NCBI GenBank assembly: GCA_017387685.1
Contig: JAFOEU010000024.1
Coordinates: 29,800 to 93,799 of the forward strand
Source: Clostridia bacterium
GTDB taxonomy: Bacteria > Bacillota > Clostridia > Oscillospirales > CAG-272
Reading direction: 5' to 3'
Length of the DNA: 64,000 bases
Numbering within the stretch: position 1 is the first letter of the stretch; every line of letters starts with the position of its first letter. Made by a program: the position numbers and the translations under genes. The notes beneath the pieces were generated by a model. The model was not told the DNA's origin. It did no database searches and saw only the letters and a program-made list of their open reading frames with translations. Shown piece by piece: positions 8,052 through 17,205 of the stretch.

Positions 8052-10547
8052 TTATTCTGCTTCGTTGTAAAATGCGATCACGTTGTCGTTGCCTTTTCTC
8101 AAAAGGAACCATCCGCTTCCGCATGCCGATACGCCGTCATATCCTGTAACCGAATCCGAAATACGATTGAAGCTCTCGTCGATTACGAATATCTCGCCGT
8201 TTTCCTTGACAGCCGCAATACCGCCTGAGAAATAGCACGCATCATCGTACATCTTAAGAGTCTTTCCATCGTAGGAGAGGAATCCCCATTTGCCGTCCGA
8301 AGTGCTTACAAGTGCATATTTTTCTGTTTTGCCAAAGATATTATAGAAGTTTCCGCTTGCAAATTCCTTGTCATAAACTGCGGCAGAACGAGCGGGAATG
8401 ATCATCCCCTTCTCGTCAACCTTGCATTTGGCAACGTCGATCAGATAATATCCGTCCGAAAGCTTTCCGTTCTCAACGATCTTGGCGAAAATGAGAGTTC
8501 CGTAGTTTCGGTTATCATAAACGTAAGCCTTGTTGATCAGATATGAGGTTTCCATATCCTCGCTGAGGAGGAGATGATAATAATCATCCGAGGAGGAATA
8601 GATCTCGGTATCGATTATAGTATATCCTCCGGGGAAATACGACATATAATGTCCATCGCCGATCGATGCAAATATCATACTGAAATACCAAGGCTCAACG
8701 AGAGGATGCTGCTCTACGAGGTGACCTGCGGAGACGATCTTTTTACCCGTCCGATCGACCGCAAAGATCTCGCCCTCAGAGTTGATCAGAACTATTTTTC
8801 CGTTGATATACGCGCCGTGCGAGATGAGATCACCGTAATCCGCGACCTTGTTGCCTTGGCTGTCGTAAATGTGAAGGGTATAATAGTTGCGCGCCAGTCC
8901 CATATAATAAGGATCATAGGTTATGGTAACGAGCATTCCGTCGGTGTAGTGCTCGATATACTCGCCGTCATAGGTGGATTCATAGAAGGAGTCGGTTACC
9001 GATCCCGTTCTTTCGAATATTATCTTACCGGTCGAATCAATGACGTAGGAAACTGTCGTGGTCTTTACAATGTCGTACGGGGTGCCGTCGAATTCGTCAA
9101 GCCCGACACCGACGACCTCCTTCGTGCGAACGAAGCCTACTGCATAGCCCTCGGAATCGGGACAAACCAAGCCGTCAAAGGGGCCTGCAAGTACCTTGCC
9201 TGCTTTATCAATAACGTAATATCTTCCGTCGTACTTAACACCAATTGCATTGCCGTCAGACCAAGAGGTCCATTCGGGATTAACGCGATCGGGAATTATG
9301 GAAACAGTTCCGTTTCGAACGCTTGGCGCGGTCTCTGCACGGTAAAAGAGCTTGTAATCGGAATATTCGGTGATCGATCCGTCGGGCTCCGTCATTTTGA
9401 TCAGATTGCCATATTCATCATTTTCGTAGGTTATAACACCGTCGCCGTCATAATAGTTGGTGGTTTCCTTAACGAGGAAGCCGTTTTTATCGTACTCATA
9501 TTTCGTAACGGTGTTGCCATAGAAGTCGATCATCACAGACTGAGCAAGCTTGCCGTCATCCCTATAGGTATACTCTTCGGTATACGGCATATATATGCTG
9601 TTGTTTATTTCCTTTATCAGTCTGCCCTCTGAATCGTATTCGTAAAGAATATCGAATTCCGAATCCTCGTAGCTGAGCCACCTTACCTGCTTCTGAAGAA
9701 CACCGTATTCGTCGTAATAATAGCTGACAACAACGTTCTCATCCGTTCCCACCTGCCATCTTACGGTTTCATGCAGAAGGCCGCCCTGATCAGTCTCGTA
9801 AAAGTATTTTGTGATATAGGTTACTCCGCCGTTGTTGGTTTCTTTGGTTTCCGTAACGTATCCGTTTTCATTTACCGTGTGTACCGTATAAGACTTATAA
9901 ACGCCGGATGCGTTGCTGAAATTCTCCTTGCCGCAGACCCATACGAATCTGTCCAGATATTCGCTCACGTCGCGCATATCCTTGATGATGAAGAACTTTT
10001 TATAAGCATCCTCGTATTCGCCGTTATTCAAAAGCTTTATCGCTTCGTTATATATCTTTTCGGGGTCGATCGCCGAGGGATCTGCCTCGCCGCAGGTGGC
10101 ACAAGTGCCGTTTTTATAGCTGTGACCTGTAGCCTTGACCTCGCTCTGCTTTACTGTTACGGTGCCGCAGACAGAGCAATGCTTGCCCTCGGTCATACCC
10201 GCAACGGTGCAGGTGGCAGAAACCGCCTTATCAACGACCTCGGTGTGGCCGAGCGGTGCGATGGTATTGGTCTCCTTTTCACCGCAAGCGCAAATTCTTT
10301 CCTCGCTGCCCGCCTCGGTACAGGTTGCAGCCCGGGTTACGCTCGGGGATGAAAAGGAATGTGTATGAGAAGGAGCGGTGGTTTCCTCGGGAGTGTCCGT
10401 TGTTTCGGGCAGCGCCGTTGTATCGGGAGCTGTAGCTTCCACGGTCTCGGGAGGCGCGGTGGTTTCTTCTACGCCTTCATCGCAGGAGGTGAACAGCATT
10501 GCAAACGCAAGCAATGCCGCAGCGATAAGGAAAGCAATCTTTTTCAT
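8052..10547 (-). CDS. Large surface lipoprotein with Cys-rich repeats, YD/RHS-type repeats and WG (KWG) repeats
   Basis: Lipobox LFTSC and a Thr/Pro/Glu linker. The Cys-rich motif (CT..G......C..CG...GH) occurs three times. YD-type repeats include YEYDKNGFLV and YENDEYGNLI. The C-terminus carries DGKWGFLSYDGK-type WG repeats. Confidence 0.7.
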   Translation of the reverse strand: MKKIAFLIAAALLAFAMLFTSCDEGVEETTAPPETVEATAPDTTALPETTDTPEETTAPSHTHSFSSPSVTRAATCTEAGSEERICACGEKETNTIAPLGHTEVVDKAVSATCTVAGMTEGKHCSVCGTVTVKQSEVKATGHSYKNGTCATCGEADPSAIDPEKIYNEAIKLLNNGEYEDAYKKFFIIKDMRDVSEYLDRFVWVCGKENFSNASGVYKSYTVHTVNENGYVTETKETNNGGVTYITKYFYETDQGGLLHETVRWQVGTDENVVVSYYYDEYGVLQKQVRWLSYEDSEFDILYEYDSEGRLIKEINNSIYMPYTEEYTYRDDGKLAQSVMIDFYGNTVTKYEYDKNGFLVKETTNYYDGDGVITYENDEYGNLIKMTEPDGSITEYSDYKLFYRAETAPSVRNGTVSIIPDRVNPEWTSWSDGNAIGVKYDGRYYVIDKAGKVLAGPFDGLVCPDSEGYAVGFVRTKEVVGVGLDEFDGTPYDIVKTTTVSYVIDSTGKIIFERTGSVTDSFYESTYDGEYIEHYTDGMLVTITYDPYYMGLARNYYTLHIYDSQGNKVADYGDLISHGAYINGKIVLINSEGEIFAVDRTGKKIVSAGHLVEQHPLVEPWYFSMIFASIGDGHYMSYFPGGYTIIDTEIYSSSDDYYHLLLSEDMETSYLINKAYVYDNRNYGTLIFAKIVENGKLSDGYYLIDVAKCKVDEKGMIIPARSAAVYDKEFASGNFYNIFGKTEKYALVSTSDGKWGFLSYDGKTLKMYDDACYFSGGIAAVKENGEIFVIDESFNRISDSVTGYDGVSACGSGWFLLRKGNDNVIAFYNEAE

Positions 10548-10575
10548 TTATTGTTTCTCCTATAGGTTTTTCTTT

Positions 10576-10604
10576 ATTATACTCCCAAAACAGCTACATG
10601 TCAA
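10576..10604 (-). promoter_or_regulatory. Consensus sigma-70 promoter for the 831-aa lipoprotein gene
   Basis: The minus strand reads TTGACA - 17 nt - TATAAT. Confidence 0.65.
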
Positions 10605-10669
10605 GTTTTTTGGCAATATTTCACAACACTTTTACTTTTCATTTCCCCAAACAAATTGAAAGAATAATA

Positions 10670-10698
10670 TTGACTATTCTACAATTTCGTGATATACT
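10670..10698 (+). promoter_or_regulatory. Sigma-70 type promoter for the oxidoreductase gene
   Basis: TTGACT - 17 nt - TATACT. Confidence 0.5.
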
Positions 10699-10732
10699 TA
10701 ATGCAATACTATTTAAATCGGAGGACAACCCT

Positions 10733-11752
10733 ATGATCCGTGCTGCTATGATCGGCTTCGGCGGTATCGCCCAGTCGCATAAAAACTCATATCTCTCCCT
10801 TGAAAAACGCGGTATTCCCGTAAAGCTCGTCGCTATCTGCGATATCGATCCCGAGGCTTTTAACCGCCGCCTTACAATCAATATCGAAACCGGTGAATCG
10901 GGTCTCGGCGGCGATTTCCGTACTTATACCGACCTCGAGGAAATGCTCGCTAATGAACAGATCGATCTCATCGACATCTGTCTGCCCACTCCCCTGCACT
11001 GCGAATACGCGATCAAGATGCTTGAGCGCGGCTATCACGTTCAGAGTGAAAAGCCGATGGCTCTCACCGAGGAGGACTGCCGCCGCATGATCGAGGCGCG
11101 CGATCGCTCGGGAAAACAGCTTATGATCGGTCAGTGCCTGCGCTTCTACCGTCAGTATGAGTTCCTCAAGGCTTGCATCGAGGATGGCAGATACGGCAAG
11201 GTCACCGCGGCACACTTCGACCGTCTCAGCGGACCTCCCAGATGGGGCTGGAACAACTGGTATATGAAGCCCGAGCTTTCGGGCGGCGTAATCTACGACC
11301 TCCATATTCACGACTGCGATATGATCCGTTGGCTCTTTGGCGAGCCGAAGGCTTTCTCTGCAGTTGCGGCTGCTAATTTTGTAAAGCACGATACTGTTTT
11401 CGTTCAGTATTACTACGAAAACCTCCCCGTCAGCGCGGTTGCTGAATGGTCGCTCAAGGGAACAAAGTTCAACGCCGGCTATCGCGTAGGCTTTGAGAAG
11501 GCTTCCGTTATCTTTGACTCAAACGGCGTTAACGTATATTCCAAGGAAGACGGATCGGTCGAAAAGATCGAGATCGCTCCCTACGGCGGCATCGAGGCTG
11601 AGATCGAATACTTCGTCGATTGCATTGAAAAGGGCATCGCCCCCGAAAAGAATATGCCCGAATCCTCCGCACGCACCGTAGCGATCGCAAATAAGCTCCT
11701 CTACTCCGCCGACCATATGGGCGAGAGAATGGAATTCAACCCGACTATTTAA
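10733..11752 (+). CDS. Gfo/Idh/MocA family oxidoreductase
   Basis: N-terminal Rossmann motif MIRAAMIGFGGIAQSH, an EKPMA motif and a GGAGGA RBS. The longer ORF start at 10598 lacks an RBS. Confidence 0.85.
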   Translation: MIRAAMIGFGGIAQSHKNSYLSLEKRGIPVKLVAICDIDPEAFNRRLTINIETGESGLGGDFRTYTDLEEMLANEQIDLIDICLPTPLHCEYAIKMLERGYHVQSEKPMALTEEDCRRMIEARDRSGKQLMIGQCLRFYRQYEFLKACIEDGRYGKVTAAHFDRLSGPPRWGWNNWYMKPELSGGVIYDLHIHDCDMIRWLFGEPKAFSAVAAANFVKHDTVFVQYYYENLPVSAVAEWSLKGTKFNAGYRVGFEKASVIFDSNGVNVYSKEDGSVEKIEIAPYGGIEAEIEYFVDCIEKGIAPEKNMPESSARTVAIANKLLYSADHMGERMEFNPTI

Positions 11753-11757
11753 CACCC

Positions 11758-11788
11758 AAAAGCCTCCGCACCCCACGGAGGCTTTTAT
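11758..11788 (+). terminator. Rho-independent terminator
   Basis: AAAGCCTCCG-loop-CGGAGGCTTTT. Confidence 0.75.
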
Positions 11789-11805
11789 CCTAAAGGACTC
11801 TTCTT

Positions 11806-12186
11806 ATGAATAAACAAGATTTTCTTTCATATTGCCTTGAGGTCTTCGGCACGTCGCCCGATTATCCATTTGACGAGGATTTCGAGACCGCCGTACTTCG
11901 TCACGCGGACAACCGTAAGTGGTACGCGATCGTGATGCGCGTTCCGCGCCGCAAATTCGGTCTTCGGAGCGACGAGGTGATCGACGTGGTCAATCTCAAG
12001 CTGCCGACCGAAATGTTCGGCTCATTCGATGCATCCGACGGAGTCTATCCCGCGTATCATATGAATAAGCACCATTGGATCTCTGTCCTCCTCCCCGACG
12101 CGCCCGAGGATATCGTGCATTTTCTCACAAACGTCAGCTTCGAGGCAACGAGAGCAAAAAAGAAGCGTACGAAAACCGCACAATAA
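11806..12186 (+). CDS. MmcQ/YjbR family DNA-binding protein
   Basis: 126 aa. The motifs PDYPFDEDF..VLRH..NRKWYAI and HMNKHHWISV are typical of YjbR-like proteins. Confidence 0.7.
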   Translation: MNKQDFLSYCLEVFGTSPDYPFDEDFETAVLRHADNRKWYAIVMRVPRRKFGLRSDEVIDVVNLKLPTEMFGSFDASDGVYPAYHMNKHHWISVLLPDAPEDIVHFLTNVSFEATRAKKKRTKTAQ

Positions 12187-12254
12187 GTGCAGCTTTTCTT
12201 CCATATAAATATATCATCAACATAAATATATCATCAACGGAAAGGAATTTGACT

Positions 12255-13061
12255 ATGTCCTATTTGAATCCCCGAATCGCAGGCGCCGACGTGCGCGTTA
12301 TGTCCAGCAATATTCTATTTGATAAAACCCTCCCCGACCGCCTCTCTCTGATTGCAGATTATTACCGTGCGAGCGATGCAGATCTGATCGGTATGCAGGA
12401 GGTAAACCGTGTCGGAACGGCACTTTTCGACACGCTGGGCGACATCTATGCCACCGTCGCGCTCCGTCACCCCGAGGATAAGCATTGCTACACCCCCATT
12501 CTCTACCGCCGCGACCGCTTTGAGCTGATCGAGGGCGGCAGCGAGCTTTACCGCAGCCGCGGCACCGACACGAAGTCGATGGCGTGGGCTGTCGTCGCCG
12601 ACAAGCAGAGCGGCAAAAAGCTCGCAGTCATCAATTCTCACGGCTCGCTGATACTGAAATCCTACAACCTCGAAGCCACCAACGCCGTCGAGGGCGAGAT
12701 GTGGCGTGTTGACAACGTCTGCCAGATGCTTGAAAAGAAGGACGAGCTCCGCGCAAAATACGGCGCATCCCTCCCCGTTTTCGTAACGGGCGACTTCAAC
12801 GCCTACGCAAGCAGCGAATCTATTCAGAATATGAAAAAGGTTCTTCCCGACAGCGCGGAAGTCGCAACAGTCAGCGCGACCGCGGGTATCAACTCCTTCC
12901 ACCGCGTTCCCGGACAGCCCTGCCCCGAGGGCACACCGATCGACTTCATCTTCGTCACCGATGATGCGATAAAAGTCCTCGTCCACTCCATCCCCACCGA
13001 CGAAACCGCCCTCACGATCTCCGACCACTGCCCCGTCTGCGTTGATGCGAAGCTGAACTGA
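12255..13061 (+). CDS. Endonuclease/exonuclease/phosphatase (EEP) family protein
   Basis: Motifs VMSSNILF, IGMQEV, GDFN and a C-terminal SDHCPV. The start is taken at MSYLNPR, which has an RBS. The ORF track start at 12075 overlaps the previous gene. Confidence 0.75.
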   Translation: MSYLNPRIAGADVRVMSSNILFDKTLPDRLSLIADYYRASDADLIGMQEVNRVGTALFDTLGDIYATVALRHPEDKHCYTPILYRRDRFELIEGGSELYRSRGTDTKSMAWAVVADKQSGKKLAVINSHGSLILKSYNLEATNAVEGEMWRVDNVCQMLEKKDELRAKYGASLPVFVTGDFNAYASSESIQNMKKVLPDSAEVATVSATAGINSFHRVPGQPCPEGTPIDFIFVTDDAIKVLVHSIPTDETALTISDHCPVCVDAKLN

Positions 13062-13086
13062 CGTATCAAATTTACCCCACAAGCCA

Positions 13087-13128
13087 AAGCCTCGGCAAGG
13101 AAAAATCCTTGCCGAGGCTTCTATTTTA
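13087..13128 (+). terminator. Rho-independent terminator
   Basis: AAGCCTCGGCAAGG-AAAAAT-CCTTGCCGAGGCTT followed by CTATTTTA. Confidence 0.8.
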
Positions 13129-13369
13129 TAGCAACATCAATAAAAAAACATTTTTTGTCAAAGAATTCAATAAGTTTTATATTTTTTGACAAATTACACA
13201 AGAATATCTACAAATACAACTCAATTTGTAACTCGCATGTTATATAATATAGGTCTAAAAGGAACAAATATGACGTCACGTTTCTTTTTTTTGCCGCAAA
13301 ACCAAATATATCAAAACAGCGGCAGCCTCGTACAGAAAGAGGTTCGAACGTTCTGCACGAGATAATGAA

Positions 13370-13460
13370 TGAAATACATGAAAAAGGCAAACCTTTCGAA
13401 AGGGGGGACGCAAAGCTACGGGGCCTAAGGTATTAAATTACCTTTTGTCCAAAGAATAAT
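13370..13460 (+). promoter_or_regulatory. c-di-GMP-I (GEMM-I) riboswitch aptamer
   Basis: AGGCAAACCTTTCGAAAGGGGGGACGCAAAGCTACGGGGCCTAAGG matches the conserved GEMM-I core (GGCAAACC..GAAA..GGACGCAAAGC..CGG.GCCUAA, as in V. cholerae Vc2). The following AAGGTA-TTAAAT-TACCTT helix fits the P3 (third helix) position. Confidence 0.7.
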
Positions 13461-13469
13461 TTAATACTA

Positions 13470-13500
13470 TGGCAGCCCGGCTGCCAGTGTTTTGTTCTCT
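13470..13500 (+). terminator. Candidate riboswitch expression-platform terminator
   Basis: TGGCAGC-CCG-GCTGCCA followed by GTGTTTTGTTCTCTTTT, about 30 nt before the RBS of the adhesin gene. Confidence 0.5.
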
Positions 13501-13528
13501 TTTAAATATTCAAAGGAGAATAACAAAC

Positions 13529-16500
13529 ATGGCAAAACAAATTTTCAAAAAGGGTTTGTGTGCTCTGCTCGCCGCTCTTATGTGCGTAGGTGCTGCTCTG
13601 CCTGCATTGGCAGAAACCGTATGGCAGGGTGACGATGCAAAGATTAACATCGCAGCCGGAGAGGATCCCTACGTGTATGCAATCGCGCAGGATCCCGAAA
13701 ACAATCGCTGGTACTACGAAACCAGTAACCACACCGTCAAGAAAGAAGTAACCGGCGGCGGAGCTATACACATCTTCCCCATAGTTGACACAACTAAGGT
13801 TACCGGTGACTGGACTCCCGACGGCATTTACAACTGGGGCGTAAGCAACTACGACGTTATGTACTGCTGTGATGCTGTTACCGGCACGGATAACGAAGCT
13901 TACTATAAGCGCGTAAACCTTGAGGACAGCGAGTACGTTTCCGAAACCGATGCAAAGAGACTTCGTGCTATCGTAGAAAACGCTTATCCTTACGTTTCTG
14001 TTGAAGCAGCGAAGGCAGCGCTTAAGGAAGCAGGCTTTGCACAGGCTGAAGAGCTTGACCGCTCTGAGCTTATTGCTGCAACTCAGGCTGCTATCTGGAC
14101 TATTGCTAACCCTGACAGCGGTGATTCCTATCGCTACAACAAGACTGCAACAACCGCTCAGAAGCTTACTTGGGGCGGCTATATGCACGAGTTTGCAGAC
14201 GAGATCACTAATTTCACAGATAGCAAGACCTCGGCAAAGTACCTCTCCAATCCCAACGGTGTTGGCACGCGTGTCAACGCTCTCATTGACTTCTATCTTG
14301 CAATGGAAGGCGCTGAGGCAGAGGACGGTCAGATCGTTATCACCAATCTTGACGTTTCCAACTCCAAGATTGCAAAGTCTGATAATCTTTATGCAGTAGA
14401 GATCAACGTATCTCTCAACCACGGCGCAGATGATAACGATAATATCACCCTTAACGTTTACGTTGACGGTGTGATCACTAACATATCCGTTAATGTAACC
14501 AACGAAACCAACTATAAAGTAAATCTGAATGCAAAGGCAAACTCTACCATCAAGGTAGTTGTTTCCGGTACTCAGAATCTTGAGCGCGGCGTATATTTCT
14601 ATATTCCCGAGCCTAAGGATATCAACGGCGACGGTATCGCTACCTCCCGTGAGGTTTCTCAGAACCTTATCGGTCTTGCAGCAGGTGAAACCCCTGTTTA
14701 CGCAGAGGAAACCGTAACCCTTCGTAAGATCGACAAGACCGCTGACAATTTCGATGGTGAATTTGTTGACGTTACTCTCGAGGTAACCGGCAACGTTGAG
14801 TATAACCCCGGTGGCAAGCTCCCCGTAGATATCATCTATATTCTCGGTAGATTCCTCTCTCTGGAAGACATTCTTGCAGACACAATGATTCAGGCGCTGA
14901 CCGAGACCTTCCGTGAGCTGATCAACGACGGAGTTCCCGTAAACTTCGGTATCGTTCCCTTCTCCTCTACCAAGTATCCCGTAATGCCCCTCACTCCCCT
15001 TACAACTGAAGCAGATCTCGAGGCTCTTCCCGCGACCATCGCTACTGCTATTGCGGAAGCAGGCAACGTTTACGACGGTGTAAACATGGAGAACGCGCTC
15101 CTCACCGCAACCGAGATGTTCAGCGCATCCGAGCTTGGTCAGGCAGGTCGTACCGACCGTCAGCACCTCGTAATGATCGCTTCCGGTCATACATACTACT
15201 TCAACAGCGGCGATAACAATGAGTATATCTCTACTGTTCCCGTAAGCTTCAAGAATGGCAACGTAGATACCAACGAGGTATTCTATATGGAAAAGGCTTG
15301 GATGCGTGCGCGTAACAACAGCACCAACTCCTATCCCGTTCCCAAGGCTATCTCCGAGTACTACAAGGCAAACGCTGATAAGTATGAAAGCGAGTGGGAT
15401 TGCTACTGGAGCCTTATCGATGCGTGGTCAAAGGCAGATATTGCTGCAGGCGACACCGTCGTATACGAGGCAACAACCCGCGAAGCAGGTGATTTCATTA
15501 ATTGGATGAACTCCGGTAAGTATTCCTCCAACACCTCCACCTTCTCTTATTCCGGTAACGGTGCGGTTGTTTCCAATCTCGGCAACAACAAGATCGAGGA
15601 CGTACTTGAATTCGATATGACCAGCAGCGCTGAAAGAGGCGTTGTGCACGGCGTATCCGGTCCTAACCCCTTCATCGATGAGTCCGCAGCTCACGCAATC
15701 AGCTACGAGCGCGCTATGTGGGAAGCTTACACCTTCATCCAGGAGAATATTTCCGGCAAGGGCATCAGCTTCTATCCTGTATATGCTCCTCTCCGAATCA
15801 ACGGTACAGCATCTAACGGTTCTCATTATGACTATACCTGGACCACTAACTACATCGGTCATTGCTTTATGAACATGCTTGCAGGCGGCGAGGCAATCTT
15901 CTTCGATGCCAACAACGTAACCTTCTTTGACGATATCAAGGCTGAGATCATCGAGGGAAGCACCACCGCATCCGGCGAACCTGTTGTTCCCTTCGTAGAG
16001 GACTTTATCGGCGTTGACTTCGACTTCACCGGCGAAAAGATCGTTCTTACATTCAACGGTGTTGCTTATACCACTAACGTGATCGCAACCGCAGAGGGCG
16101 CAACCGCTTCTTATGCATTCGTTGGCGAGAACGGTAAGGTTGGCTTCACCATGGATTACTTCAAGGGTGAGACTCCTGCAGAAGAGCGCTTCGTTTGGTA
16201 CTTCTACAAGTCCGTTGGCGCAGAGGATACCGTAGCTCTTACTTATCAGCTCAAGCTGGTAAACAGAAACGAGACTCCCGGCAAGTGCTTTATCGCATAC
16301 ACCAACGAGTCCGCTACTCTTTATCCCAACGGTGACAGAGATTACGGTCAGGAATTCCCCAAGCCCTTCGTTGAGTACTGCAACCCCATCAAGACTCCTC
16401 CCACGATCTCCTTCAATTCCGGCGAAGCTTCTAACATCAGCTTTATGCTGGTCAACAAGGCAACCGGAAAGGTTACCTTCGTTAAGAAGATCGATATCGG

Positions 16501-16900
16501 TAGCGAGACCTCCTTCGTGATCCCCACTGAGGAAGGCTACGTTTCTGCAGTATTTGTAAAGCAGTCCACCTCCGGTATGTTCTGGGCATCTGAAGAGCTT
16601 GATAAGGCAACTCAGAACGCAGTTATCGCTTGTCTGAAGGCTAACAATCCTTCTTACAAGGGACATTGGGACGAGTTCTTCTTCGGCGCAGGCGACTGCA
16701 CTTGGGAGTTCAAGAAGAACAAATCGATTACCTACACCTTCACCGGCGATATTGTAGTTACCGACTCCGACAAAGAGCCCGCTGAAGAAATCGTTGATAC
16801 ACCCGCAGTTGAGGAAGAAACCACTTCCAATAAAAACAACGGCAACAACGGCAACGGTAACAACAAGAATAAGGACAAAAACAAAAACAAGAACAAATAA
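13529..16900 (+). CDS. Secreted thioester-domain (TQXA / Cys-Gln thioester) surface adhesin with a VWA-like domain and an Asn/Lys-rich tail
   Basis: AAAGGAGA RBS and a signal peptide ending ALPALA. Thioester domain motifs are YCCD (13862-13873), NAYPY and TQAAIW (14081-14098). A central VWA-like region (DIIYILGRF...LVMIASGHTYYF) follows. The C-terminus NKNNGNNGNGNNKNKDKNKNKNK has no LPXTG. Confidence 0.75.
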   Translation: MAKQIFKKGLCALLAALMCVGAALPALAETVWQGDDAKINIAAGEDPYVYAIAQDPENNRWYYETSNHTVKKEVTGGGAIHIFPIVDTTKVTGDWTPDGIYNWGVSNYDVMYCCDAVTGTDNEAYYKRVNLEDSEYVSETDAKRLRAIVENAYPYVSVEAAKAALKEAGFAQAEELDRSELIAATQAAIWTIANPDSGDSYRYNKTATTAQKLTWGGYMHEFADEITNFTDSKTSAKYLSNPNGVGTRVNALIDFYLAMEGAEAEDGQIVITNLDVSNSKIAKSDNLYAVEINVSLNHGADDNDNITLNVYVDGVITNISVNVTNETNYKVNLNAKANSTIKVVVSGTQNLERGVYFYIPEPKDINGDGIATSREVSQNLIGLAAGETPVYAEETVTLRKIDKTADNFDGEFVDVTLEVTGNVEYNPGGKLPVDIIYILGRFLSLEDILADTMIQALTETFRELINDGVPVNFGIVPFSSTKYPVMPLTPLTTEADLEALPATIATAIAEAGNVYDGVNMENALLTATEMFSASELGQAGRTDRQHLVMIASGHTYYFNSGDNNEYISTVPVSFKNGNVDTNEVFYMEKAWMRARNNSTNSYPVPKAISEYYKANADKYESEWDCYWSLIDAWSKADIAAGDTVVYEATTREAGDFINWMNSGKYSSNTSTFSYSGNGAVVSNLGNNKIEDVLEFDMTSSAERGVVHGVSGPNPFIDESAAHAISYERAMWEAYTFIQENISGKGISFYPVYAPLRINGTASNGSHYDYTWTTNYIGHCFMNMLAGGEAIFFDANNVTFFDDIKAEIIEGSTTASGEPVVPFVEDFIGVDFDFTGEKIVLTFNGVAYTTNVIATAEGATASYAFVGENGKVGFTMDYFKGETPAEERFVWYFYKSVGAEDTVALTYQLKLVNRNETPGKCFIAYTNESATLYPNGDRDYGQEFPKPFVEYCNPIKTPPTISFNSGEASNISFMLVNKATGKVTFVKKIDIGSETSFVIPTEEGYVSAVFVKQSTSGMFWASEELDKATQNAVIACLKANNPSYKGHWDEFFFGAGDCTWEFKKNKSITYTFTGDIVVTDSDKEPAEEIVDTPAVEEETTSNKNNGNNGNGNNKNKDKNKNKNK

Positions 16901-16951
16901 CTTATATTTTTAATTTAAGTTACTTCCGCTATAAAAGCGGATCGCCTATGC

Positions 16952-16986
16952 AAAAAACAAGCAAGGCGAAAAGCCTTGCTTGTTTC
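16952..16986 (+). terminator. Terminator-like hairpin after the adhesin gene
   Basis: AACAAGCAAGGC-GAAAA-GCCTTGCTTGTTT. Confidence 0.6.
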
Positions 16987-16995
16987 AAGCACAAA

Positions 16996-17036
16996 CAAAA
17001 AGCACAATGGACCTCGGTCCATTGTGCTTTTTGTTT
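16996..17036. terminator. Bidirectional rho-independent terminator
   Basis: AAAAAGCACAATGGAC-loop-GTCCATTGTGCTTTTTGTTT, a perfect 16-bp stem flanked by A and T tracts. Confidence 0.8.
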
Positions 17037-17171
17037 AAAACGACAGGAATCAAGAACCTACATTTGCGCGCTTTATTGGGTGTAATAGTATGATTCGGCG
17101 GTCGCGCGCAAATGATTGCTGTTGCTAAAGCAACAGCAAGAGCTTCGAGTCCGCGGGCAGTTCGGGCAAAT

Positions 17172-17203
17172 ATAAAGGGGATGGCTCTGCCATCCCCTTT
17201 ATA
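17172..17203 (-). terminator. Rho-independent terminator downstream of tRNA-Pro
   Basis: AAAGGGGATGGC-loop-GCCATCCCCTTT with a T-rich tail on the minus strand. Confidence 0.7.
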
Positions 17204-17205
17204 TT

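Noticed and set aside
12075-12254. N-terminal extension of the EEP-family ORF overlapping the YjbR-like gene
   Set aside because: The extension overlaps the preceding gene in another frame and has no RBS. An internal ATG at 12255 has an RBS and begins the conserved domain.
13130-13260. Inverted TTGTCAAA / TTTGACAA pair and TTGACA-like boxes upstream of the riboswitch as a defined promoter or operator
   Set aside because: Several overlapping weak -35/-10 combinations are possible (an extended -10 TGTTATATAAT is the best). I could not settle on one with correct spacing, so no promoter feature is reported.
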